Below are positions 14,701 through 28,012 of a stretch of 64,000 nucleotides of DNA, piece after piece (within the stretch, counting starts at the first letter, position 1; each line of letters begins with the position of its first letter). The position numbers and the translations under genes are program-made. The stretch is from Camelus ferus (taxonomy: Eukaryota). Where the stretch lies: positions 82,524,001 through 82,588,000 of the forward strand of contig NC_045697.1 in the NCBI RefSeq assembly GCF_009834535.1, read 5' to 3'. Under the pieces are notes generated by a model, which made no database searches, was not told where the DNA came from, and worked only from the letters and a program-made list of their open reading frames with translations.

Positions 14701-15200
14701 ACAAATAGACTTAACATATATTGAATATTTAATTCAACAGCTGCAGAATACACATTCTTCTCAAGTGCACATAGACCATTCTCTAGGATAGAACATATGA
14801 TGGAACCCAAGACAAGTCTTAGCAAATTTAAGGAGACTGAAGTCATACCAACTGTCTTTTCTGACCACAATGGTATGAAACTAGAAATCAATGACACGAG
14901 GAAAGGTGGAACATCTACAAATAGGTGGCAACTGGACAACACACTTCTGAACATCCAAGGGGTCAAAGAAGAAATTAAAAGAGCAGTAAAATTATCTCAA
15001 AACAAATTAAAGTAGAAATACAACATATCAAAATTTATAAAATGCAACAAAAGCAGTTCTGAGAAGAAAGTTTACAGCCATATATATATAGCAATATATA
15101 TATATATATTAAGAATTAGAAAGATATAAATAAACACCTCCAAGAACTAGAAAAAGAAGAAAAATTAAGCCCAAAGTTAGCAAAAGGAATGAATAACAGA
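11790..15200 (+). mobile_element. LINE-1 5' part: 5' UTR (~11790-12805), decayed ORF1 (~12806-13730), ORF2 endonuclease domain (~14203-15200); 3' portion missing
   Basis: GC/CpG-richer 5' UTR; ORF1-like 'tttaaagaaataatggctgagaattccc' and 'aaggctttctcagacaaacaaaagctgagggagttcatcacc'; EN motifs IVVGEFNNLL (GDFN-like) and FSDHNGMKLEI in ORFs 14564 and 14797; many stops and frameshifts. Confidence 0.93.
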
Positions 15201-15254
15201 ATTCAAATTCCTGTTCTTAAATTATCTTGTGTTTTGAGCAACTCCTACGTACTT

Positions 15255-15540
15255 AATTATGCCTTATGACACCACAATGGTGTATACTTATACACCATTC
15301 ATACAATTGTATATACCATACAAATGCATTGTCAAAACCTATTGAACATACAATGAGAATGACCCTTAATGTAAACTATGGACTTTAATTAATAATGCAT
15401 CAATATTGGTTTATTAAATGTAACTAGTGGACTAAAGAAAGCTATTAATAATAACTGAGGAACTGTGTGTGCACATGAATTCTGTACCACATGCTCAAAA
15501 TTTCTGTAAGTCTAAAATTCTCCTAAAAAATAAAGCCCAT
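15255..15540 (+). mobile_element. L1MC-type 3' UTR end
   Basis: 'gtcaaaacc...ccttaatgtaaactatggacttta...ctcaaaatttctgtaagtctaaaattctcctaaaaaataaag', homologous to 41160-41390 and 59940-60190. Confidence 0.8.
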
Positions 15541-16439
15541 TGACTGAAAAATAATGCTACACTTACTGCTTAGGCACAACTTGTAAATATAAATACTATT
15601 TTCTCACCAATTTTTTTTCTAAGAGAAAATAAAACATTTTATAGGACATTAGAAATATTAATAAAGCATGCTCTATAAAATAAAGAAAAACATTTGACAG
15701 AAATTAGATTTTAAAAGGCCTTGAAATATTTAAATGTGGGAAATCTTTTTCACATATTAAATTTAATTTCATTTAATATATTTTCAAATATCTCTAATTT
15801 AATATTCACATCTGCTATATGCTCTTAAAATTACTAAAATAAGAAAACAGATTTTGTTTTCTAAAATATGATATAGGTTTTCTTATTTAGCTGGCTAAGT
15901 ACCCCCGTAAGTACTTTAAATACTGCAATCAATGTAGAGTATAGCTAGCTAAATATAAAAACCTCAACTGGTAGAAAAGAAAATATATTTTCTTCATATG
16001 ATATCCCTGAATTAGTTTCCAGATTATTTAAGTGTCAGACAATACATGATTATTCATAACATGTATGCAAAAAAGACGTGCTTTCTGGAAGAAGAAACAA
16101 GATGCTAGTTAAAAGAGAATTTCTACACTGTTTTTCAATTTTTGTTGATTTCACATAAATTCATTAGAAAAATTGTAGATATAGTTTATATAAATGCATC
16201 CATGATATAAAAGTGCAATAATCAAAATCTACTTCTCCCAGAAGATAACATGTTTTCTCAAAAGAAATTTATTTTCTAGTACTTAAAATCATATTGTTTT
16301 AAAAAGTAGCAGTTTAGTTATCATTATCATTGAATAACTGTTATTATTTTAATATTTCCTCAAGGTACTGATTTTTTATAAAACCTTTGTACTGACCCTC
16401 CATCATTCCATATACTACTATGTTAAAATAGTAGGAGAA

Positions 16440-18465
16440 CATGCTACATTTTTCAATCTGTTTGTGTCATCTTAAATGTCTTTCACTGGTGTCTTGCAGT
16501 TTTCCAAGTACAGGTCTTCTACTAATTTTGGTAAATTTATTCCTAGGTATTTTATTCTTTTTAATGTTATGGTAAATAGAATTATGTCCTTAATTTCTCT
16601 TTTTAATGGTTTGTTCTTAGTGTATACAAATGCAGCAGATTTTTATATATGAATTTCATGGCCTGCAAATTTACAGAATTCATTGATAAGCTCTGATAGT
16701 TTTCTGGTGGCATGTTTAGGATTTTCTATGTATACTATTATGTCATCTGAAAACAGTGACAGTATTACTTCTTCCATTCCAATTTGAATTTATTTTATTT
16801 GTTTTTCTTGTCTGATTGCTGTGGGTAGGGCTTCCAATACTGTGTTTTATGTTGAATTAAAGTGGTGAGAGTGCGCTTCCATGTCCTGTCCCTGATCTTA
16901 GAAGAAATGCTTTCAGCTTTTAACCACTGAGTGTGATGTTAGCTGTGGGTTTGTCATATGTGGCCTTTATTATGTTGAGGTATGTTCCCTCTATGACCAC
17001 TTTCTGGAAGAATTAAAATTGTTAAAATGATCATACTACCCAAGGCAATATACAGATTCAGTGCAATCCCAATCAAAATGCCAATGGCATTTTTCACAGA
17101 ACTAGAATAATGATAATTATTATCAATCAATGACAAAGGAGGCAAAAATATACAATGGAGAAAAGATAATCAATTCAATAAGTGGTTGGGAAAAATGGAC
17201 AGCTACGTAAAAGAATGAAACTAGGGCATTCTCTAACACCATATACAAAAATAAACTCAAAATGGATTAAAGACCTAAATTTAAGACTAGAAACCATAAA
17301 ACTTCTAAAGGAAAACATAGGCAGAACACTCTTTGATCGAAATCATAGCAATATATATTTTTTGGCTGTCTCCTAAAGTAAAGGATATAAAAGTAAAAAT
17401 AAACAAATGGGAACTAATTAAACTTAAAAGCTTATGCACAGCAAAGGAAACCATCCACAAAATGAAAGGACAAACCACTGAATGGGACAAAATATTTGCA
17501 AATGATACAGCCAATAATGGGTTAATCTCCAACATATATAAACAGCTCATAAAACTCAACATCAGAAAAACAACCTGACTGAAAAAGACATTTTTTCCAA
17601 AGAAGACATGCATATGGCCAACAGGCACATAAAAAGACACTCAATGTCACTAATCACTGGGAAAATGCAAATCAAAACTACAATGAAATATCACCTCATG
17701 CCTGTCAGAATGGCTACCATCAGAAAGAAAATTTAAAAATGTTGATGAAGATGTGGAGAAAAGGGAACCCTCATACACTGTTGGTGGAAATATAAATTGG
17801 TGGAGCCACTGTGGAAAACAGCATGGAGCTTTTTCAAAAAACTAAAAATAGAACTACTTTATGACCCAGCAATTCCACTTCTGGGTATATACCAAAAACC
17901 CAAAATAACTAAGTCAAAAAGATACATGCACCCCAATGTTCATAGCAGCATTATTTACAATTGCCAAGGTATGGAAGCAACCTAAGTATTCATCAAGAGA
18001 TGAATGGATAAAGAAGATGGAGTAGATGTAGAATGGAATACTACTTAACCATAGAAATGAATTAAATTTTGTCATTTGCAACAACATGGATGGACTTGGA
18101 GGGTTTATGCTAAGTGAAATAGGTCAGACAGAGAAAGACAAATACTATATGACTTATATATGGCACCTAAAAAATACAAAAAACTAGTGAATATAACAAA
18201 AAAGAAGCTAACTCATAGATACAGAGAACAAACTAGTGGTTATCAGTTGGAAAAGGGAAGTGGGGAGGCAGCATGGGGGCAGGGGATTAATAGGTACAAT
18301 TAGGTATAAAATAAGTTAAAAGGATATATTGTATAACACAGGGTATATAGCCAATATTTTATAATAACCTGTATTGAGCATAACCTGTATTGTGAATTAC
18401 TCTATCATACACCTGTAACATAAAATTGTACATCAACTATACTTCAATTTTTTAAAAAAGATATG
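16440..18465 (+). mobile_element. LINE-1 with 5' inversion (twin priming): inverted ORF2 segment ~16440-17005, forward ORF2/3' UTR ~17006-18458
   Basis: Antisense RT-region piece abuts a sense piece that resumes at the adjacent consensus position; TSD aaaatagtaggagaa (16425-16439) / aaagtagtaggagaa (18466-18480); TT|AAAA nick site. Confidence 0.92.
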
Positions 18466-21360
18466 AAAGTAGTAGGAGAAGATAGAATCAGTTTCATTCT
18501 TCTCTTACTCTATAGTTTAAATATTTTATTGAAATGTTAAACTAAAGTAGCTTATATATTGCTGTGCTTTTCTTACTCTCCTTTTGACAATCATCAGTAT
18601 TGATGCCTTGGTGTAACTGATTTGTGAGAAGTTGAGAAAAGCTAATTAGTAAGCAAGTTTGCTCCAGGTTTTCCAAACTTCTAAGCATAATTATACGTAA
18701 GAGAAAGAAAATTAATTGCTCTAGTTAAAAGTTCTATGTAGGGGTTTATAAAACTTGGATACACTTCTGTATATAATATCCAACCTCTCAACAAGCAAAA
18801 TCGTTTGGTAACTATTGCCCAAATCCACATTCTTTTTTTTTCCTCAGAGTGTGAGACACATTCTGTATACCAAGTAATGCTGAGAATTTCCCTGTGCTAC
18901 CTACTCTTTTCATGTTTCCAATTTGCAGATTTTCTCTCTTAATATGTATGTATGTTCACTCTCCTCTGTTGGGTACTCATCTGCCTGACAATATAGCCAG
19001 TTTGTTTTCTATAAACACAGAGAAGGATTCTGTTTACTTTTCCATTAAGCTGGTATGTATCTATAAATTACAGATGTGGATTCTCCTATATTCTAGCCTG
19101 AAGGGACAGATACACATTTTGATCACCCAGCCAAATCTTGATAATGTAAAAATACGAAAAGAAGAATCAATACTGGTAATCACGCACTATGTTCAGGAAA
19201 AAATTTGGCAAAATGATGCATTTTCTGAGAATCCTGAAAGGATAGCTTACTTGGTTTGAACCCGCATCTCTTGGGGGATGAAACAGATACTAATGAGGTA
19301 TAGTGAAATAAACAAGGTAACACTAGAGTAACCCACTGACGATATATGGAAACACAGTGGGTAGAAAGAGGAGAGGAATTAGAACAGGGAAGGGGATTAG
19401 AGTGATCTAAACTCTCTGTATTCTCTAGAAGCAAATTTCCCCCAATTGATTCTGTGAGTTTTATCTAAGCTGTATCCGATTAATAAGAATTTCTAATAAA
19501 ATTATTTCCTAAAGTTAACTTCCAAAAATTAGTTTATAATTACAGTTTGAGAAAAACATAACCCAATCTCTGATGCTTCTCTAGTGACCATTATCAACTA
19601 TTTGAAACTCTTAAGAAAAGAGGATATATATGAAATTTAGGAGGATGGATAGTCTTCTGGAAAGTAAAGAGAATTAAATATATTACCACTTTTCACTGGG
19701 CACATCCAACAACAAAGTCCTGTTGAATGTAATCATCTCATCTCAAGTACCTCACTCTTTTGTAATATAGCAACACTGATTACTTTTTACATATTTACTG
19801 TTTGTCAAACACAATGCTTAAGGCTTTATGATTTCTTTTGTTCCTTGAAATAACTATATTAGACAGGGACTACTAATGTAGCCTTGTTTGTAATATTGTG
19901 TAATATCTGTTAATGTTGTTAATGTTTTCATTTTGCATGTAAGAACACCAGGTCTTATATAAAATACACAAACTATCCAGCATCACACAGCTAAGCATTG
20001 AGCTCTTACAGATTTTCAGGACTGCATTTTTTTTAAATGAAAACATTTCCCTTTCATTCTCCATTCATGTATAGTTTTTTTTTCTTTATCAATGATTTAT
20101 TTACCATGGTGTTTTAATTTTGCATGTACAATGGAGAAAATATACTTTAGAAAATGCCAACATTTCTAAAATTATTAGAAGTGTAAAAGAATTATATACA
20201 TTTCAAAGTAAGTGAATTTTAAAACTGGGATGAGTAGAAAAAGAGGGAGCTAAAAGTGAACATATACAAATATGAAACAAAGATAACATACTGAAAGATG
20301 ATTCTTAAAATTGGTACCCAAAGGACTACAAGAACAAAACTCTGGGAAACAGCACTTTTATAATTCGGCTTTCTGTTTTATTCAGGATCTTTAAAATTAA
20401 CTCTTAATGTCTATGGGTATAAACTAGTAAGGAGGGGTGGATGGGAGAGCAAAGAGCTAACACTTAGCATTGCTCTGTGACACGTCCATATGCAAGAGAG
20501 GGACTCTATATACAATTTATTATAAAATTTAATCTTTACAGTCTCTTCAAGTGGTGTTGGGAAAGCTGGACAGTGCATGTAAATCAGTGAAGTTAAAACA
20601 CTCCCTTACACCATACACAAAAAAAAACCTCAAAATGGCTTAAAGATTTAAACTTAAGACATGATGCCATAAAACTCCTAAAAGAAAACAGACAAAACAT
20701 TCTCTGACATAAATCATAGCAATGTTTTCATAGGGCAGTTTCCCAAGGCAAAAGAAAAGCAAAAATAAACAAATAGGACCTAATCAAAATTAGAAGCTTT
20801 TGCACAGTAAATGAAACTATAAACAAAATGAAAAAACAACCTACAGAATGGGAGAAAATATTTGCAAATGATGTGACTGACAGGAGCTTAATTTCCAGAA
20901 TATACAAACATCTCACTATCAAAAAAACAACCCAATCAAAAAATGGACAGAAGACCTAAACAGACATTTCTCCAAAAAAGACATGAAAGATGGACAATAG
21001 GCACATGAAAAGATGCTCAACATTTCTAATTACTAGAGAAATAAAAATCAAAACTACAATGGGATATTACCTCACACCAATCAGACTGGCCATCATCAGA
21101 AAGTACAGAAATAATAAATGCTGGAGAGGGTGTGGAGAAAAAGGAACCCTCCTACAACTGTCGGTGGGAATGTAAATTGGTGCAACCACTATGGAGAACA
21201 GTATGTACTGTATGATTGAGCAATCCCACTCCTGGATATATATCTGGAGAAAACTCTAATTCGAAAAGATACATGCACCCCAATGTTCACAGCAGCACTA
21301 CTTACAGTTGCGAAGACATGGAAGCAACCTAAATGTCCATAGATAGATGAATAAAGATGC

Positions 21361-21430
21361 AATATATATATATATACATATACACACACATATATACATA
21401 TATATACATACACACACACATAAACATACA
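21361..21430. repeat. (TA)n/(CA)n compound microsatellite inside the L1
   Basis: Read directly. Confidence 0.9.
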
Positions 21431-21458
21431 ATGGAATATTATTCAGTCATTAAAAACA

Positions 21459-21800
21459 GTATCACTCATATGTGGAATCTAAAAAAAAAGACAAATGAAC
21501 TTATATATAAAACAAACAGACTTACAGACAGAAAACAAACTTATGGTTAACAGCGAGGAAAGGGGTGGGAAGGGATAAATTGGGAGTTTGAGATTTGCAG
21601 ATACTGACTGGTATATACAAAATAGATAAACAAGTTTATACTGTATAGCACAGGGAACTATATTTGATATCCTGTAGTAGCTTATGGTGAAAAAGTGTAT
21701 GAAAACAAATATATGTATATTCATGTATGACTGAAGCATTATGCTGTACACCAGAAATTGACACAACATTGTAAACTAACTATATACGTCAATAAAAAGA
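21459..21800 (+). mobile_element. Younger L1 3' UTR fragment nested in the 20536-22212 L1
   Basis: A second complete 3' UTR terminus ('caccagaaattgacacaacattgtaaactaactatatacgtcaataaaaa') interrupts the host between 'cattaaaaa' and 'aatgtcatttggagcaatatgg'. Confidence 0.85.
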
Positions 21801-24571
21801 AAGAATGTCATTTGGAGCAATATGGATGGACCCAGAGATTATAATACTAAGTCAGACAGAGAAAGACAAATATCATATGATATCACCTACATGTGGAATC
21901 TAAAAAAAAAAAGATACAAATGAACTCAAAAATAGAAACAGACTCACACACAGAAAAACAATTTATGGTTACCACAGGGAAAGGCGGGGAGGGATAAATT
22001 AGGAGTTTGGGATTAACAGATACACGCTACTATATATAAAATAAACAACAAGTTCCTACTGTATAATACAGGGAACTATATTCAGTATCTTGTAATAAAC
22101 TATAATGGAAAATAATTTGAAAGAAAGATATATGTATAAAACTGGACTACTATGCTATACACCAGAAACTAACAAAACATTGTAAATCAACTATACTTCA
22201 ATTAAAAAAAAGAAACTGTGATAAAATTTAATCTGTAAAACCACCCTTGAAATGAGTGTCTTGTTTTATCTTTTGTAGACGAAACCCATGTTCCAAGGTA
22301 TTTGGTAACTTGCAGCAGAGCAGGATCAGAAAGTTGATCCTACTGAAAGGTAAGTCCATATTTTTTTTTTGTCCCCCTCGACCAGTGACCAGACACTTGT
22401 AATATGGCAGAATTCATGTAGTTTTATTTTGGATCTTTGTTTGACCCTATTAAAAAAAACTTATATTGCTTCATAAAGTATGTTACTAGATTATTAAATA
22501 AATACATCATAAGTATAAAAATTAACTTAACCATGTCAAAAATATTGACCATATTCTTTTGAATATAAATAGAACTCCTTGCATTTCAATGACATTGAGA
22601 CTAGATTTGGGAGTTTTTGACCTTTGATTTAATTTTGTTTCTTAAAACTGATTACCTGTTTTGATTGTACCTTTTGAAAATTGATCAATACATGACACAA
22701 AACTTTTTCAATAAACTAGCTTATTTTTCTGTTAAATATTGCAAAAGTATCAACAATATATTCATATCCATGTTCCATATAATATTAAAATGATCAAATT
22801 ATTTGATATGATGGCAGAAACAAGGAATGATATCTACATAGATTTATTTTATTAGATGACCAGATAGCTGGAAACTAGCCGATAACAAACTATTGCCATA
22901 GGAAGAACAGTCCTGGAGTCGGCCATGACAATAAGAGTCAGACACAGCCTCTCTCTCACCCTTGCCCCTTCTCTCCTTGAACATTGTAAATTTGTTGTCA
23001 GACATAATTTCTAGACATAAAACTATTTGTCCCTTTTTCAAATCAGAGTATGTACTTCATTAGTGTATAACCTTGCATTCGATTGCTTTGGGTGTTAGTG
23101 TGGATAATGTGTCCTTAATAGATAATAGGATCAGTCAGGACAAGTTACGTTTCTGCTCAGCTTTAAGTACCCTTGTCTTTTCTAGTTTGGTTAACTGCCC
23201 AATATTCTGCAGCTACTAAACAAACTGTAATTAACTTGAATGTTATAGTCAGAATCAGTTAGACTTTCCAGATTGAGTTTGCTACAACATGAAGGTATAA
23301 TTTAATGCCCCTGATCAGCAAAAAGCTATAGTAAAGAACTTAAATCCTTAGCAAAACTGACTAAGATCTTAAAATACATTCATAGGATTACTTTTTCATT
23401 GAACTATCTGAAATCAAATGGAGCAATACAGTAACACCTTGGTGATTAGGGCTTTTTTTTTAAAAAAAAAAAAACATTTTGTGATAAAAAGCAAATCATG
23501 AGCATGAATTAAATTTCCCTTTATGTCTGCTCATAGTATACTTTAATATAATTGGAATAGTTAATTTTAATTTTATTATATAAATTTTTCTTTGCCTTTT
23601 TACTGTTTTTTTATTCCTAGTTAATATTGCTTGGTTGGTAATTCTAAGATATTTATCTTTTTTATTATAATATGTCTACTGTATCTGTATCTACTCCTTG
23701 ATTCTGTCATCTACATTCTTTTCATGTTTATTAATTGTTGTTTCAGGGAAAATTAAGATTTCTTGAAGGAGGGAAGTACTGCTGTTGACTTTAATTTTGT
23801 CTCAGTGTGATTGAGATACAGATGACGAATGTGTATGCAGTGATTGCCATACCATTTACTGGGAAATAATTAAGTATACTCATGTAAGTAAGAACACTTC
23901 TACTTGTAGTACAACAATAAACTTGAAAAGCAGTGTTGGAATTCTCACTTGAGTTGGAAAAAAAGTTATTCTCACCCACATGCCCAAAGTAAAGACATCA
24001 AGGGTAATTTTCTATTTATATCCAAATCTAAAAATCAAATTACACATGAATAGAAATTTAATGAAATATTATCAATCAGCCATACTTGGAACTAATGGAA
24101 AGAAGAGTTATTTTTAATCAGTGAGACTACACTTTATTCATAGCAAAGGGTAGCTATAAGAACTACAATCATTATATCCAGAAGACATTAAAGTGTTCTA
24201 CAAAAATTAATTTAAAAGGAGGCAAGGCTATTATCTCAGAATCATTGCTTTCTGTTCCCAGCAGTGTACTTCTTAACTCCCCAAGGTCTATTTCACTTTA
24301 CCAGGAAACCAATAACAAAAAGAACCTAAGTCTAAAGATAAACAGGTTGGTGACAGTCTAGTCCTACCTCATGGTTATGAGAAATTTCCATTACTTAAGC
24401 TTTTTTATTTTAAAACTCTAACTAAATGGATTATGCTAATTGTATACTTCTTCACAAGTTATGCATGGTTTTGTGAATCTTCTTAATATTACATGATTTT
24501 GCATGAATTACCTCTTAGATGCTAAAAACAAATGCATGATCTAGAGCAGATAAACTTTCTAGTTCAAGACC

Positions 24572-27500
24572 CCTAAACAGCATACTCCTGAACAACCAAT
24601 GGGTCAAAGTAGCAATTAAAAGAGAAATATAAAATACCTAGAGACAAGCGAAGATGGAAATACAACCTATCAAAATTTATGACATAAAGTAAAAGCAGTC
24701 CTAAGAGAAAAGTACATAGTAATAAATGTTACATTGATGAGTAAGAACAATCTCAAATAAACAACCTAACCTTAAACCTCAACAAAGAAAAAAGAATAAA
24801 GCTCACAGTATAAGGAAAGAAATACAGATAAGAGCAGAAATAAATGAAATAGAGAGTAAAAGGACTATAGAAAAGAACAATGAGCCTAAGAGCAGGTTCT
24901 TTGAAAGGATAAAATTGACAAACTATTAGCTAGACTCACAAAGGAAAAAAGAGAGAAAACTAAAATAATTAAAATCAGAAATGAAAAAGAAGACATTATA
25001 AATGATACCACAGAAATACAAAGGATCAGAATAGGTGAATATGAACAATTATATGACAACAAGCTGGACCACCTAGAAGAAATGGACAAATTCCTAGAAA
25101 CATACAAACTACCAAGACTGAATCATAAAGAAATAGAAAATCCCAACAGACCAATTATTAGTAAAGAGATTAAATAAGTAATAAAAAATCTCCCAACAAA
25201 CAAAAGTTTAGGACCAGATGCCTTCATCTTTCAATTCTACCTAAAATTCAGAGAAGGGTTAATACCCATCCTTCTCAAAATGTGAAAAAAAAAAAAATTT
25301 AAAGGAGGGAATGATTCCAAACTCATTTTATAAGGCAAGCATTACCCTGATACCAAAGCCAGACAAGGATGTCACAAAAAAAGAAAATTATAACCTAATA
25401 TCCCTAAAGAACATACATGTAAAACTCTTCAACAAAATATTGGCAAACTGAATTCAAAAATATATTAAAAGCATCATGATCAAGGGGATTTAGTTCCAGG
25501 GATGCTAGGTTGATTTGCTATCTGCAAATCAAACCAATCAATGTAATATCCCACATTAAGAATATGAAGAAGAAAAGTCATATGATCATCTCAATAGATG
25601 CATAAAAAGCATCTGACAAATTCAGTATCTATTTATGATTAAAAAATCGCTAAACAAAGTGGGTATAGAGGTTACATACTTCAACATAACGTAGGCCATG
25701 CATCACAAGCATACAGCTAACATCACTCTCAATGGAAAAAAGCTGAAAACTTTTCCTCAAAATCAGGAACAGAATAAACATGCCCATTCTCACTACTTTT
25801 ATTCAAAATAGTATTGGAAGTCCTAGCCAAAGCAATTAGGCAAGAAAAAGAAAAAAATGCACCCAAATGGTAAAGGAATAAGTAAAACTGTCACTATTTT
25901 CAGATGACATGATATTATATATAGCAAACCTTAGGGACATCACCAAAAAATTGATAGAAACAATAAATTCAGTAAAGTTGCAGGATATAACATCAGTATA
26001 TAGTAATATGTGGCATTTCTATACAGTAATTATGAACTACCAGAAAGAGAAATTAAGAGAACAATCCTATTTATAATTGCATTAAAAAGAAAAAAATACT
26101 TAGGAATAAATTTAACCAAGGAGGCAAAAGACTTGTTCAGAGAAAACTATAAGACATTCATGAAAGAAATTGAAGACACAAATAATTGGAAGGATATTCT
26201 GTGTTCATAGACTGGAAGAACATTGTTAAAATGTCCATACTATGCAAAGCAATCTACACATTTAATTCAATCCATATTAAAATTTAAATGGCTTTTTTTT
26301 TTATAGAAATAGAACATACAACTCTAAAATTTTGTATGAATCCACAAGATTCTGAATAGGCAAAATGACCCTGGAAAAGGACAACAAAGCTGGAAGTATA
26401 ATCCCTGACTTCACACTATATTGCAAAGTTACAGTAATCAAAACTATATGGCATGGGCATAAAGAGAGACATACATTAATGGACAGAATAGAGAGTTCAG
26501 AAATAAACTCATACTACTATGGTCAATTCATTTATGACAAAGCAGCAAGGAGGGGAAATAAATATAATGGGAAAGGACAGTCTCTTCAATAAATGACTTT
26601 GGAAAAACTGCATGACCCACATACAAAATAAAAGAAACTGAACCAGCTTACACTAAACACAAAAATTAACTCAAAATGGAACACAGATTTACATGTAAGA
26701 CCTGAAACCATAAAACTCCTAGAAGAAAACTAGGTGGTATGATTGTTGACGTTGGTTTTGGAGATAATTTTTTGAATCTGACATCAAAAGCAAAAAAATA
26801 AAGGAGTGGGACTACATCAAACTAAAAAGGAAAGGAATCACAGCACAGCAAAGGAGTCAACAACAAAACGAAAAGGCAACCTATGGAATGGGAGAAATTG
26901 GTTCCAAGTCATAACTCTGATAAGAGGTTAATACCCAAAATGTATAAAGAACTCATACAACTCAATAGCAAAAAAAAAAAAAAAAAAAAAATTCAATTTA
27001 AAAAAGCACAGAGGATCTGAAGAAACGTTTTTCAAAGAAAACTTACAATAGATACATGAAAAAGTATTCAACATCACTAAACATCAGGGAAATGCAAATC
27101 AAAACCAGATTGAGATACTACCTCACACATGTTAGAATGGCTATTATCAAAAGACTAGAGGTAATAAGTGTTGGAGAGGATATGGAGAAAAGGGAATCCT
27201 TGTGCGCTGTTGATGAAAAAGTAAATTGGTGCAGCCACTATAAAAAACAATATAGTACCTCCTTAAAAATAATTAAAAATGGAACTACTATATGATCCAG
27301 CCATCTCACTTCTGGGTATCTATCCAAAGAAAACAAAAACAATAACTGAAAAAGATATATGCACCCTCATGTTCATTGCAGCTTTATTTACAATGGTCAA
27401 GATATGGAAACAACTTAAGTGTCCATAAATGGATGAATGGACAAAGATGTGCTTTTATACACATACACATTCTCACACAATGTAATATTATTTAGCCATT

Positions 27501-28012
27501 AAAAAGAAGAAAATGTTGCTATTTTGATAACATGGATGGACCCTGAGGGCATGATGCTAAATGAAATAATTCAGAGAAAGACAAATACTTTTTGTATGAT
27601 CTCACTTCTATGGAAAACCATAAAACAAAGAAAAAAAGCCAAAAAAAACCCAAACCCCATAAAAAACTCCCCTAAACTCATAGATACAGAGAACAGATTA
27701 GTAGCTGCCAGTGGAGAGGGTTGACAAAATGGCTAACATGGGTCAAAAGTTACAGACTTTTAGTTACAAAACAAGTGTCATGGAGTTTTACAGTATGGTG
27801 ACTACAATAACACTCTCTTGCATATATACGAAAGTGCTAAGAGTAAATCTTAAAAGTTCTCATCACAAGAAGAAACAGTTTTTTAGTAACCATGTATGGT
27901 GACAGATATTAACTATTTTTATTGTGTTGATCATTACACAATGTATACAAATATCAAATCATTATGTTGTATAACTGGAATTAATATATGTTATAGTCAA
28001 TTACACTACAAT
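24572..28012 (+). mobile_element. 5'-truncated LINE-1, L1MA9-like (ORF2 RT region to 3' end)
   Basis: RT motif LSLFSDDMILY (FADD-type) encoded at 25888-25920; 3' end 'gctaagagtaaatcttaaaagttctcatcacaag...aatatcaaatcattatgttgta' typical of L1MA9; decayed. Confidence 0.93.

Larger units (their letters stand above)
20536..22212 (+). mobile_element. 5'-truncated LINE-1 (ORF2 3' part and 3' UTR)
   Basis: ORF 20990 ([33 protein letters not shown]...[14 protein letters not shown]) is the L1 ORF2 C-terminal region; TSD ataaaatttaatct at 20522-20535 and 22221-22234. Confidence 0.95.
20455..22345 (-). mobile_element. MIR remnant split by an L1 insertion (pieces ~20455-20535 and ~22221-22345)
   Basis: Joining the flanks across the TSD gives 'tttaatct..aaaaccacccttgaaatgagtg..ttttgtagacgaaacc..aaggtatttggtaacttgc', resembling antisense MIR. 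Confidence 0.5.

Noticed and set aside
14564..15015. Functional endonuclease/RT CDS (also ORFs at 6216, 17333, 26010, 43216)
   Set aside because: Short fragments of L1 ORF2 broken by stops and frameshifts; no intact L1 in the window
18894..19259. 121-aa ORF
   Set aside because: Non-ATG (GTG) start, composition typical of AT-rich non-coding DNA, no recognisable domain
23806..23883. Plus-strand exon-like unit (tgtctcag|...|gtaagt)
   Set aside because: The frames I read contain stops, there is no recognisable peptide, and it is opposite to the strand favoured by the L1 bias
11790..28012. 11790-15200 and 24572-28012 as two halves of one split full-length L1
   Set aside because: They overlap by roughly 270 bp of L1 coordinates (14935-15200 vs 24572-24840) with many differences, so they are separate insertions
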